DNA of 64,000 nt from Minisyncoccota bacterium (GTDB taxonomy: Bacteria > Patescibacteriota > Minisyncoccia > UBA6257 > JAGOQP01), in the NCBI GenBank assembly GCA_041661795.1, contig JBAZTS010000001.1:39459-103458 (forward strand), written 5' to 3'. Shown here one piece after another: positions 28,619 through 36,730 of the stretch. Position numbers and translations under genes: made by a program. The notes beneath the pieces were generated by a model that saw nothing but the letters and a program-made list of their open reading frames with translations, did not search any database and was not told the DNA's origin. Position 1 is the first letter of the stretch. Each line of letters begins with the position of its first letter.

Positions 28619-29539
28619 TCAATTATTGCCAAGGACTTCAAAGGTTTCTGGATTGTAATAAATGCGATCATATATTTCAAATGGTTTTCCGATCAAGCCA
28701 TCTCTTTCAATTGGTACGTCTAGGTCCCATCTGTCCCAATAAGAAATGTAAGAACCATTTTTATCCTCCCCAGCGGAGATGACATAATTTTTCATAATCC
28801 ATTCGGCAAATCCGACACTGACAAACCAATCATCCCATTCGTAGATAGATTTTCCTTTATTCCTATGAGCGCCATCTACTAATCTTTTAATTGTTTCTGG
28901 GTTAAATTTAGATAATTTTTCTGAAAAACTGTTAATTTTGTAATAATAGATATCATCCTTGCTTTTGCTTGGTTTATAGTCAGAAATTCCGAATGTGTCG
29001 TTTCTTTGGGGTAAACCCAAGTAAAGACGCCAGGCGTCCTCGCGTCCGCCTTCCGCGTTCTCTGATATAGCTCTTCCCTCAATGAGATTCTTTAGGATAT
29101 CAGCGCCATGCGGTTTATAACCAAATGGATGAACTCCTCTATGCAGCACATTGCTCATGATCGGCTTATATGTTGCCGCTTGTTCGGAAGTAATTCCTTT
29201 TGTCGCCATCTCAATTTTTGCACGCTGAACCATCTCATCGAATGTCTCCGGTTTCTTATGAGGATTATCACTGGAAACATTAAGAGTCAACCCAGTAAGT
29301 ATAACGATACGAACGTAGGCGAATATCGCTTCCCTAAACTTGCGACCCAAAGACATGATCATTTTTTTCTTTGCTGGATCTAGTTCTTGGGAAATTTTAG
29401 CTTCAACGTCTTTATCTATGCTATCAATTTCTTCCACAGAAAGACCAACGAGATTCTTGATCTCGTCGGATACTACTTCCACTTCCGGTCTTTCGGCCAC
29501 CTTATTTGTTGGGCTTTTTATTTCTGGTGTTTCTCTCAT
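28619..29539 (-). CDS. hypothetical protein
   Basis: 306-aa ORF whose stop abuts site B; no recognised family. Confidence 0.7.
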   Translation of the reverse strand: MRETPEIKSPTNKVAERPEVEVVSDEIKNLVGLSVEEIDSIDKDVEAKISQELDPAKKKMIMSLGRKFREAIFAYVRIVILTGLTLNVSSDNPHKKPETFDEMVQRAKIEMATKGITSEQAATYKPIMSNVLHRGVHPFGYKPHGADILKNLIEGRAISENAEGGREDAWRLYLGLPQRNDTFGISDYKPSKSKDDIYYYKINSFSEKLSKFNPETIKRLVDGAHRNKGKSIYEWDDWFVSVGFAEWIMKNYVISAGEDKNGSYISYWDRWDLDVPIERDGLIGKPFEIYDRIYYNPETFEVLGNN

Positions 29540-29726
29540 CGTTAATAGTGATAATCTCGTCGTTATTTAGTTGATTAAGTTTTGCGACAAAAGAACGATA
29601 AAGTTCTTTAATTACCTTTTCTTTTTGCTTTAAGTCATTTTTTATTTCTTCGCTTAACGGCATAAATTAATTTAATCATAATTTATTTCCAGAGTCCATA
29701 TTGAGTTCAACCAAAAAGTCGGTTTT

Positions 29727-29798
29727 ATCTGGTTATTTTTCAATGCTCCTCGGGTCCTACTTCGCACAAGGCTACGTACGGACACTGTGGAAACATTA
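29727..29798 (+). repeat. degenerate cassette site C interrupted by a 32-nt palindromic insert
   Basis: tctggttatttttcaatgctcc resembles the type-1 left arm; insert 29755-29786 is a reverse-complement relative of 31319-31350. Confidence 0.6.
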
Positions 29799-29906
29799 TT
29801 ATCTATTTTTTAAATACCTTTTTATATCTATAATTTTGCCACCAACCTCTGTATAACAATTTTTGCATAGAATGACGGGGCCATTTGATGCTTAGTAAAA
29901 ATTTGT

Positions 29907-30563
29907 CTACCCAGTTTTAACACCATCTCCCCTTAATTCATCTTCTACTTGTTTTAGGAATTTAATTAGAAACAAGTGCCGTTTCTTAGCTATTTTTTTA
30001 CCAGTTCCAGTCCGCATCAGATCATAGATTTTTAGTAATCTCAAAAAAAACAGATCTACATCAAATTCCGTGTGCGGAGGAATAGATTTTCTTCTAAACG
30101 GATCTATAGGATGATAGAAACCTCTATTCATTTGTCCACCAGAAGAAAAAGTTCTCAAGATAGAAATGGCTCCAGTTGATTCGATTCCATCGGCATCCTG
30201 CAACACTTTCCCTTCAATTGTTTTTGAAATAATTCCCTTTCTAAATGAACACTGCTGAATACAAGTTTTAACTAAGTCAATTTTAGTTTTTGGATACCAA
30301 GACAATGAAGATAGGACTTGTTCTGCCACCTTAGCACTTTCATCTGTTTCATTTAGGCTGTTGCTGGTATTTTTTTGATAAACAATAACATCATGAAAAA
30401 TCGCCGCAGGGATAACAACTTCTAAATCAGCTTTTTCTTTCTTTCCGATTTTTTCAGCAAGATGTAAAACACGTAAAACGTGATTGAAGTCATGAGAGGG
30501 ATCATTCTTGATTTGTTTTTCTTGAGCTATTTTGATTAATTGATCTTTGTACTTTTTTTGCAT
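29907..30563 (-). CDS. HD-domain phosphohydrolase (YedJ-like)
   Basis: SHDFNHVLRV, FHD and LQDAD motifs. Confidence 0.9.
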   Translation of the reverse strand: MQKKYKDQLIKIAQEKQIKNDPSHDFNHVLRVLHLAEKIGKKEKADLEVVIPAAIFHDVIVYQKNTSNSLNETDESAKVAEQVLSSLSWYPKTKIDLVKTCIQQCSFRKGIISKTIEGKVLQDADGIESTGAISILRTFSSGGQMNRGFYHPIDPFRRKSIPPHTEFDVDLFFLRLLKIYDLMRTGTGKKIAKKRHLFLIKFLKQVEDELRGDGVKTG

Positions 30564-30610
30564 ATATCAATGTTCTGATTTTCTCTAAAAAGTTAGTATC
30601 TAGTTTATTT

Positions 30611-30641
30611 GCTCCGACTGATAGACGACATTAGAACCTGT
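30611..30641 (+). repeat. cassette site D (reference copy)
   Basis: gctccgactgatagacgacattagaacctgt, ending 7 nt from the maf stop codon. Confidence 0.9.
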
Positions 30642-30648
30642 TTATAAA

Positions 30649-31224
30649 CTAAAGAATATTAATACCAAACTTCTTAAGTTCTACGGATAATGAGAAAATG
30701 GGAAGGCCAATAATATTAAAATAATCTCCTTCTATTCTTTCGATAAATAAAGACGCTATGCCCTGCATAGCATAACCTCCACCTTTATCCAATGGTTCTC
30801 CAGAAGCAACATAAGCGTTTATTTCATAATCAGAAAGATTTTTGAAATAAACTTTTGTTTCTACTGATTTAGAAACTTGTTTATTGGTTTTGGTATCAAT
30901 TATAGCAAAACCGGTTATAACAGAATGCACTCTACCACTAAGTTTACTCAACATGGCCTTAGCTCGTTCTTCTGTTTTTGGTTTACCAAGAAATTCTCCA
31001 TCAAGAACACAAAATGTATCCGCTGCGATGATGATTGAATCTTTATGTTTCAAAGCTACATCTTTTGCCTTACCCAAAGACAAATATTCAGCTAATTTAC
31101 TTGGCTCCATTTTTAAGCTCATATCTTCTTGATAATTACTTGGATCTACTTCAAATTGTAAACCAACTTGTGAAAGTAATTCCTTTCTTCTTGGAGATGA
31201 TGATGCTAAAACTATTTTTTTCAT
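30649..31224 (-). CDS. maf: Maf family nucleoside triphosphate pyrophosphatase
   Basis: LASSSPRRKELL, AADT, LGKP and DKGGGY. Confidence 0.95.
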   Translation of the reverse strand: MKKIVLASSSPRRKELLSQVGLQFEVDPSNYQEDMSLKMEPSKLAEYLSLGKAKDVALKHKDSIIIAADTFCVLDGEFLGKPKTEERAKAMLSKLSGRVHSVITGFAIIDTKTNKQVSKSVETKVYFKNLSDYEINAYVASGEPLDKGGGYAMQGIASLFIERIEGDYFNIIGLPIFSLSVELKKFGINIL

Positions 31225-31358
31225 ATTTTTATTCTATCAAAAAATCGCCACAAAGACGATTCCTTGAAAACATCCGCTCCCTGCCTACCAGCAGGCAGGC
31301 GACTAATAGACGACATTACTTGTCCGCCCGTAGCTTTATGCGAAGGAGGAGAACTTGT
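31220..31358 (+). repeat. cassette site E (type-2 left arm; right arm interrupted by two palindromic inserts)
   Basis: Removing 31280-31299 and 31319-31350 restores gctccgactaatagacgacattagaacttgt; the left arm is 57/59 identical to 32367-32425. Confidence 0.9.
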
Positions 31359-31370
31359 CTGAGATAAGTA

Positions 31371-31757
31371 TTATTGGAGTTTAAACTCTTCTTCTTTGTA
31401 TCGTTTAACCAATTTTTGATATTTATTTTTTGTGTCTTCACTAGAAAGAAGAAAAGCGCGGTCTCTTATTTCACCTTTTAAATTAGGTCTATTTTCTCCG
31501 AATTGGCTCTCAGAAAAATCAATTTCCTCACCGTTGGGTAAGCAATTCCAGTAATGATTACCAGACCAGCCAGTTCCCTCAAGAGATGCCCATAATATCT
31601 CTCCTTTTAAAATATCTTGAGCTAAAAGGGTTATTACTGCACAATGGCCCTGGAAAGGATTGTTAGGATTCCATTCTTTTCTAGATTGATGAGTATCTGC
31701 AGAACATATTTTCGGAAATATTTGTTTAAGAATTTTTATTTCTTCTGCGAATTCCAT
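31371..31757 (-). CDS. YunG-like hypothetical protein
   Basis: WNPNNPFQGHCAV, HYWN and DFSESQF motifs; ATG 6 nt after an extended -10. Confidence 0.75.
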   Translation of the reverse strand: MEFAEEIKILKQIFPKICSADTHQSRKEWNPNNPFQGHCAVITLLAQDILKGEILWASLEGTGWSGNHYWNCLPNGEEIDFSESQFGENRPNLKGEIRDRAFLLSSEDTKNKYQKLVKRYKEEEFKLQ

Positions 31758-31763
31758 GAACAA

Positions 31764-31863
31764 ATTTTACCAGAGTTCTAACGTCCAGCATAGGTATAAA
31801 AATAACCAGTGTTATGTCTGGTTATTTTCAAAGCTCCGCATGCTGAACGATGTTAGAAACTGT
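31764..31863 (+). repeat. cassette site F (type-1 left arm, variant right arm, imperfect long inverted repeat)
   Basis: gctccgcatgctgaacgatgttagaaactgt is 19/27 identical to D; ttctaac-gtccagcat pairs with atgctgaac...gttagaa. Confidence 0.85.
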
Positions 31864-31864
31864 C

Positions 31865-32371
31865 TTAGGCAATAGCTAATTTACTTTTCTTCCAAGCACT
31901 CTTCATAAGCTCCATCATAATAACTTTTGAAAGATATTTATTATCTTTATAAAGTTTTATTCCCTTCTTATGAAAACCGAGCTTTTTATATGTACTAATA
32001 GCATTCTTGTTTTCTGGCCTGACTTCAAGATAAGCTTTTTTATAATTTAACTTTACAAACCCCATTTGAAGTATTTTTCTAAGAGCCCAAGTTCCAACCC
32101 CTTTTCCTCGATGCTTCCGTTCTCCTATAATTATGGGAGTCCTGAAAACGGTCTTACTTTTTCTCCTAACCATAATGTGTCCAATCGGTTTTGTGTCAGC
32201 TAAAATAATAAATTGAGGATTTTTTGACTTCAATAATTTTGGAAAGAATTTAGCAATTTTGACAGGATCTTCTTTTCTACCGCTTGTCATACTTATTAAA
32301 TAAGGATCAGTCCACCACTTAATAAAGTATTTTTTATCGGAAAGTTTTGGTGGTCGTAAATTTAAGTTCAT
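31865..32371 (-). CDS. GNAT family N-acetyltransferase
   Basis: HRGKGVG acetyl-CoA motif and N.NAI..YKKLGF. Confidence 0.9.
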   Translation of the reverse strand: MNLNLRPPKLSDKKYFIKWWTDPYLISMTSGRKEDPVKIAKFFPKLLKSKNPQFIILADTKPIGHIMVRRKSKTVFRTPIIIGERKHRGKGVGTWALRKILQMGFVKLNYKKAYLEVRPENKNAISTYKKLGFHKKGIKLYKDNKYLSKVIMMELMKSAWKKSKLAIA

Positions 32372-32449
32372 ATTTCTATTCTATCAAAAAACCGCCACAA
32401 AGACGATTCCTTGAAAACATCCGCTTGGGCTGTTAGACCAAGTCATAAT
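32367..32449 (+). repeat. cassette site G (type-2 left arm, divergent right arm)
   Basis: Left arm 57/59 identical to site E; right arm 17/27 identical to D. Confidence 0.8.
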
Positions 32450-32496
32450 TTTATTCTTGAAATATTCAATTTTTTTTGTTAATCTCTTAAACGTAT

Positions 32497-32571
32497 TCCC
32501 CGGTAGCTCAATGGTAGAGCGGATCCCTGTTAAGGATAAGGTTGTAGGTTCGAGTCCTACCCGGGGAGCCA
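32497..32571 (+). tRNA. tRNA-Asn(GTT)
   Basis: tccccgg/ccgggga acceptor stem, anticodon loop ctGTTaa, GTTCGAG T-loop, encoded CCA. Confidence 0.95.
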
Positions 32572-32575
32572 ATAT

Positions 32576-32603
32576 AAAAAATACGTCAATACGGCGTATT
32601 TTT
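32576..32603 (+). terminator. terminator after tRNA-Asn
   Basis: aaaaatacgtc...ggcgtattttt stem with T tract. Confidence 0.7.
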
Positions 32604-32638
32604 TATATTTATTCAAATATTAATGCTATAATAATATT

Positions 32639-33463
32639 ATGGATAAAAAAATTATTTTCCCAATAGTTGCCCTCTTGTTGTTAGTCGGGGCAGTTCTTAT
32701 TTTTCAAAGTCAACAAAAAGATACAGATAATGGAAACATAGCTTGTACTGAAGAAGCCAAGCTTTGTCCTGACGGATCCGCCGTTGGTCGCACTGGCCCT
32801 AATTGCGAGTTTGCCGCGTGTCCCCTAGTTGAAACTTCTGACAAACAAGAAAAGTTTAATAAATTAATCACTATGCGTGTAACCGACAAAATCTTTTTTC
32901 CTGATAATTTATCGCTTACTCTCAAAGAAATAAATGATTCTCGCTGCAAACCAGATGTTCAATGTATTTGGCAGGGAGAGCTTTCGGGTGTGTTTTCTCT
33001 ATATATGGAAGGTTCTTCAAGAGAAATCCAACTTGGTACTGTTAATAATAGAGAAATTGATTTAAAAGATTATACGCTTTCTTTAGAGGGCGCTACAGAA
33101 AATAGCATGACAATTATGATTTCTGTAAATCCGGTGAATAACAACATAGGCAGTATTAGCGGTTACATTCATGTGGGTCCGGTATGTCCAGTTCAAGAAT
33201 ATCCAGAAAATCTAAACTGCGCTGACAGACCATTTACTAACGCTCAAGTAAATATTCTGGTTAAAAGCAGTGGCACTTTGGCAACTAGTATTAAGTCCGA
33301 CACAAATGGTAATTTTAATGTCAATCTTTATTCAGGTACATATTTGGTTAAAGTTTTACCTGAGTCAAATGGTATTTTGCCGAGCTGTTTTGGAAAAGAG
33401 GCAATTGTAACGGCAAATAAGGTTACGAATTTGGATATTTCCTGCGACTCTGGGATCCGTTAA
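32639..33463 (+). CDS. Cys-rich exported protein
   Basis: TM anchor, ACTEEAKLCPDGSAVGRTGPNCEFAACP motif, DSRC..DVQCIW, carboxypeptidase-regulatory-like C-terminus. Confidence 0.75.
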   Translation: MDKKIIFPIVALLLLVGAVLIFQSQQKDTDNGNIACTEEAKLCPDGSAVGRTGPNCEFAACPLVETSDKQEKFNKLITMRVTDKIFFPDNLSLTLKEINDSRCKPDVQCIWQGELSGVFSLYMEGSSREIQLGTVNNREIDLKDYTLSLEGATENSMTIMISVNPVNNNIGSISGYIHVGPVCPVQEYPENLNCADRPFTNAQVNILVKSSGTLATSIKSDTNGNFNVNLYSGTYLVKVLPESNGILPSCFGKEAIVTANKVTNLDISCDSGIR

Positions 33464-33490
33464 TAAATTGAATAAAATAACCAAACTTTT

Positions 33491-34435
33491 ATGAAATCTT
33501 TCTGGGGCAAATTTTTTGTTACTATAATCATTATTTTGTTGTTCTTAGGTTTTGGTTACTACTACAAAGATAATATTAATTATCTTTTCCAAAGTTTCTT
33601 AAATAGGTTCCAACCTTGTCAACAACCAATAGCATATTCTATCGCAGATATCGATCCACGGTTTAATATAACAGAAGCAAAATTGTTAAATAATATCATG
33701 CAGGCCGAAAAAATATGGGAATCATCAATTGATAAGCAATTATTTGAATACTCCCCTACTGGAAACTTAAAAATAAATCTTATTTACGACTACAGGCAAA
33801 AAGCCGCGGATGCATTGAAAGAACTGGGAATAGTCATTAATGATGACGAATCTACTTATAACGCGGTAAAAGCTGAATATGATTCACTTGTTAATTTGTA
33901 TGATAAAGAAGAAGCGTATATAACTACTCTGATTAAAAGTTATGATTTAGATAGAAAAGTTTTTGAAAAAGATGTTGACTATTGGAATAGTCACACCAGA
34001 GCAACAAAAAAAGAATATGACGCATTGGAACAAAGAAGAATTGATTTAAATAATCAAATTGCCATTATCAATCAAAAACAAGAGTCACTTAACAAATCAG
34101 GTGATATTATAAATTCAACGGTAATAGTTCTTAATAAATTAATTGCTGAGCTCAATCTTCAGGTAAATACTTATAATACAATCGGCACGTCAACTGGCGA
34201 GGAATTCAGCGAAGGCAGTTATACAAGTGATACAAGCGGTACAGCAATTAATATTTTTCAATTCAATAATGAAGATAAACTTATAAAAATTCTTGCTCAT
34301 GAATTGGGTCACGCGCTAGGATTAGAACATCTTGATAATCCTAATGCTATAATGAATCGTTTAGATGCGGGCATAAATGAAAAACTAACGGCAGATGATA
34401 TTACAGCTTTGAAAGAGAAATGTAGAATAAAATAA
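33491..34435 (+). CDS. matrixin (M10) family metalloprotease with coiled coil
   Basis: HELGHALGLEH zinc motif and Met-turn (AIM). Confidence 0.88.
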   Translation: MKSFWGKFFVTIIIILLFLGFGYYYKDNINYLFQSFLNRFQPCQQPIAYSIADIDPRFNITEAKLLNNIMQAEKIWESSIDKQLFEYSPTGNLKINLIYDYRQKAADALKELGIVINDDESTYNAVKAEYDSLVNLYDKEEAYITTLIKSYDLDRKVFEKDVDYWNSHTRATKKEYDALEQRRIDLNNQIAIINQKQESLNKSGDIINSTVIVLNKLIAELNLQVNTYNTIGTSTGEEFSEGSYTSDTSGTAINIFQFNNEDKLIKILAHELGHALGLEHLDNPNAIMNRLDAGINEKLTADDITALKEKCRIK

Positions 34436-34445
34436 ATGTTATACC

Positions 34446-35417
34446 ATGCTTATTGATGATGTAAAAATACGAGTAGCGGCGGGAAACGGAGGAGACGGAA
34501 CCGTGTCTTTTAATAAAAATTTGATGACCCTGGGTCCGGTTGGCGGAAGTGGAGGCAAAGGAGGAAATATTTATATTGAGGGCGTTTCCGACTTAAGCGC
34601 ATTAAACAAGTTTCGTTTCAGAAAAGAAATTCAAGCAGAAGACGGACAAATCGGACGTTCACAATTTAGAGACGGCAGTGATGGAAAAGATTTAGTATTG
34701 ATAGTTCCTGTGGGCACAGTGGCTCACAATCTAAACACTCAAGAAGATATTGAAATAACCAAAATTGGTCAAAAAGAAATAATCGCCAAAGGAGGAAGTG
34801 GAGGAAGAGGAAATTTTCATTTTCGCGGACCCCATAATACATCTCCAAAACAATTTGAAAACGGAAAACTGGGAGAGTTGTTTGAATTTCATTTTGAACT
34901 GAAACTAATTGCCGATGTGGGATTTATAGGACTTCCCAATGTGGGGAAAACAAGTTTGTTAAACGAACTGACCAATGCTAAGAGCAAAGTAGCCAACTAC
35001 CCTTTTACAACTTTAGAACCAAATTTGGGAGTTTATTATGAATTAATACTAGCCGATATTCCCGGGCTTATTGAGGGAGCTTCTGTGGGAAAAGGCCTCG
35101 GTATCAGATTTTTACGGCACATAGAACGCACTAACGTGTTGTTTCATTTCGTTGCCTCAGATTCTTCAAGTCCGGTGACTGACTATAAAACGGTCAGAAA
35201 AGAACTTGGAAAGTACAATAAATTGCTTCTCAAGAAAAAGGAATATCTTTTTGTCAGTAAGAAAGATAACGTCTCTGAGAAAGATGCAGTCAATATCGTT
35301 AAAAAACTTAAAAAGCTGAACAAAAATATAATACCCGTTTCCATATTGGACGAAGAGAGCATTGACTCGGTTAAAAAGATACTCAATGAACTAATTTTAG
35401 AGAAAACCGAGAGTTAA
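34446..35417 (+). CDS. obgE: Obg family GTPase
   Basis: Gly-rich Obg fold, GLPNVGKT, YPFTT and DIPGLIEGA. Confidence 0.95.
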   Translation: MLIDDVKIRVAAGNGGDGTVSFNKNLMTLGPVGGSGGKGGNIYIEGVSDLSALNKFRFRKEIQAEDGQIGRSQFRDGSDGKDLVLIVPVGTVAHNLNTQEDIEITKIGQKEIIAKGGSGGRGNFHFRGPHNTSPKQFENGKLGELFEFHFELKLIADVGFIGLPNVGKTSLLNELTNAKSKVANYPFTTLEPNLGVYYELILADIPGLIEGASVGKGLGIRFLRHIERTNVLFHFVASDSSSPVTDYKTVRKELGKYNKLLLKKKEYLFVSKKDNVSEKDAVNIVKKLKKLNKNIIPVSILDEESIDSVKKILNELILEKTES

Positions 35418-35427
35418 TATTCTTTAC

Positions 35428-36183
35428 ATGAATCTAGACAAATTATTATTGATATTTTCGGCTTTTGACAAGGATGTTCTTAAAAATAAAGTTGGATTTA
35501 AAAATCCTTTATTTAAAAAGGAATATTTTTGTGACAACTCTTCGGAGGCATATATATTACTTGGCCCTTGGCATGCCAATTCACAAACGTTTTATTTATT
35601 AAGAGATAAAATTATAAATTCCGGTTACTCATATATCCAGTATGATTTTATCCCCGACATCTTATCACCCGACATTAAAGGAACAAAAAAATATTTTGAA
35701 TATATATCAGAAAATATAAAAAAGGACATTGAGGAGATAAACAAAAAACACAAAATAGACAAATTTATCGTCATGGGATTTAGCTTAAGCTGCGTGACAG
35801 CAAGTATGATTTCTGGGTCCAACAAACTAGTCAAGGGAGTGATTTTAGTCGCTCCGGGAAACACCCTTGCCGAACCGATGTGGTATGGACTAAGAACCGC
35901 CAGCATCAGAAAAGTCATGGAGAAAAATAAAATTGACCTTCCGTATTTAAAGGAACAGTGGGAAAACTTAGCTCCCGAGAAATATGCTCCGGGTCTAAAG
36001 GGCAAAAAAGTCAAAATAATACTTTCGCAAAGCGACCTGATAATCCCCTATTCTTTTGGAAAAGAACTTGCCCAAAAAGTAAAAAAATACGTTCCCAATA
36101 TTGTAGTTAAAGAAAATAAGCATCTTGGGCACTATGGAACGATTATAAATTTCTGTTTTATATCAAAAGACATAAGCATATAG
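35428..36183 (+). CDS. alpha/beta hydrolase-fold protein
   Basis: GFSLS nucleophile elbow, D.IIP and GH. Confidence 0.65.
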   Translation: MNLDKLLLIFSAFDKDVLKNKVGFKNPLFKKEYFCDNSSEAYILLGPWHANSQTFYLLRDKIINSGYSYIQYDFIPDILSPDIKGTKKYFEYISENIKKDIEEINKKHKIDKFIVMGFSLSCVTASMISGSNKLVKGVILVAPGNTLAEPMWYGLRTASIRKVMEKNKIDLPYLKEQWENLAPEKYAPGLKGKKVKIILSQSDLIIPYSFGKELAQKVKKYVPNIVVKENKHLGHYGTIINFCFISKDISI

Positions 36184-36293
36184 AAAGCTTGCTATTATGA
36201 TGGAAATAAGAGATAATCAGGTTTGGATGTAAGTTTCAAAGGAACGAATAGACAATTAGTCGACTTACTCAAGTAAATTATTAAAAAATAAAT

Positions 36294-36656
36294 ATGGCAA
36301 AAAAATTATTTGTCGGCGGATTGTCTTATGACACCACTGATGGGACCTTAAAAGACACTTTTGCAGAAGCCGGAACTGTTGAAACAGCAACTGTTATTAT
36401 TGACAGAATGACTGGACGCTCAAAAGGATTCGGATTCGTAGAAATGTCCACAGAGGAGGAAGCCCAAAAAGCTATTGAAATGTTCAATGGCAAAGATATT
36501 GATGGAAGAAATATTACCGTCAATGAAGCCAAACCAATGGAAGCTCGCCCCCCAAGAAGAGATGGAGGAGGGTTTAACAGAGGCGGAGGCGGAGGAGGCG
36601 GAAGAGACAGAGGAAGCCGAGGAGGATTTGGCGGAGGTAGCAGAAGAGATTACTAA
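36294..36656 (+). CDS. RRM RNA-binding protein with Gly/Arg tail
   Basis: LFVGGL (RNP2) and KGFGFVEM (RNP1). Confidence 0.95.
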   Translation: MAKKLFVGGLSYDTTDGTLKDTFAEAGTVETATVIIDRMTGRSKGFGFVEMSTEEEAQKAIEMFNGKDIDGRNITVNEAKPMEARPPRRDGGGFNRGGGGGGGRDRGSRGGFGGGSRRDY

Positions 36657-36664
36657 ACGTAAAT

Positions 36665-36692
36665 AAAAAGTCCCCTTCTATGGGGATTTTTT
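36665..36692 (+). terminator. intrinsic terminator
   Basis: gtcccc/ggggat stem with T tract. Confidence 0.65.
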
Positions 36693-36730
36693 ATTTGTCA
36701 TTTAATTATAAACGTGATAGAATATAGCCA

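Noticed and set aside
31035-31367. 110-aa plus-strand ORF
   Set aside because: Antisense to maf and running through the repeat inserts; no protein-like features
31775-31860. Canonical integron attC site
   Set aside because: TTCTAAC...GTTAGAA pairing looks attC-like but does not match RYYYAAC/GTTRRRY and lacks the usual R/L box spacing. The other sites do not form this hairpin, and there is no intI
27694-32449. CRISPR array
   Set aside because: The ~30-bp repeats are separated by 0.55-1.15 kb whole genes rather than 30-40 bp spacers, and no cas genes are present
32384-32666. ORFs 32384-32572 and 32457-32666
   Set aside because: They are translations of the tRNA-Asn gene and its flanks
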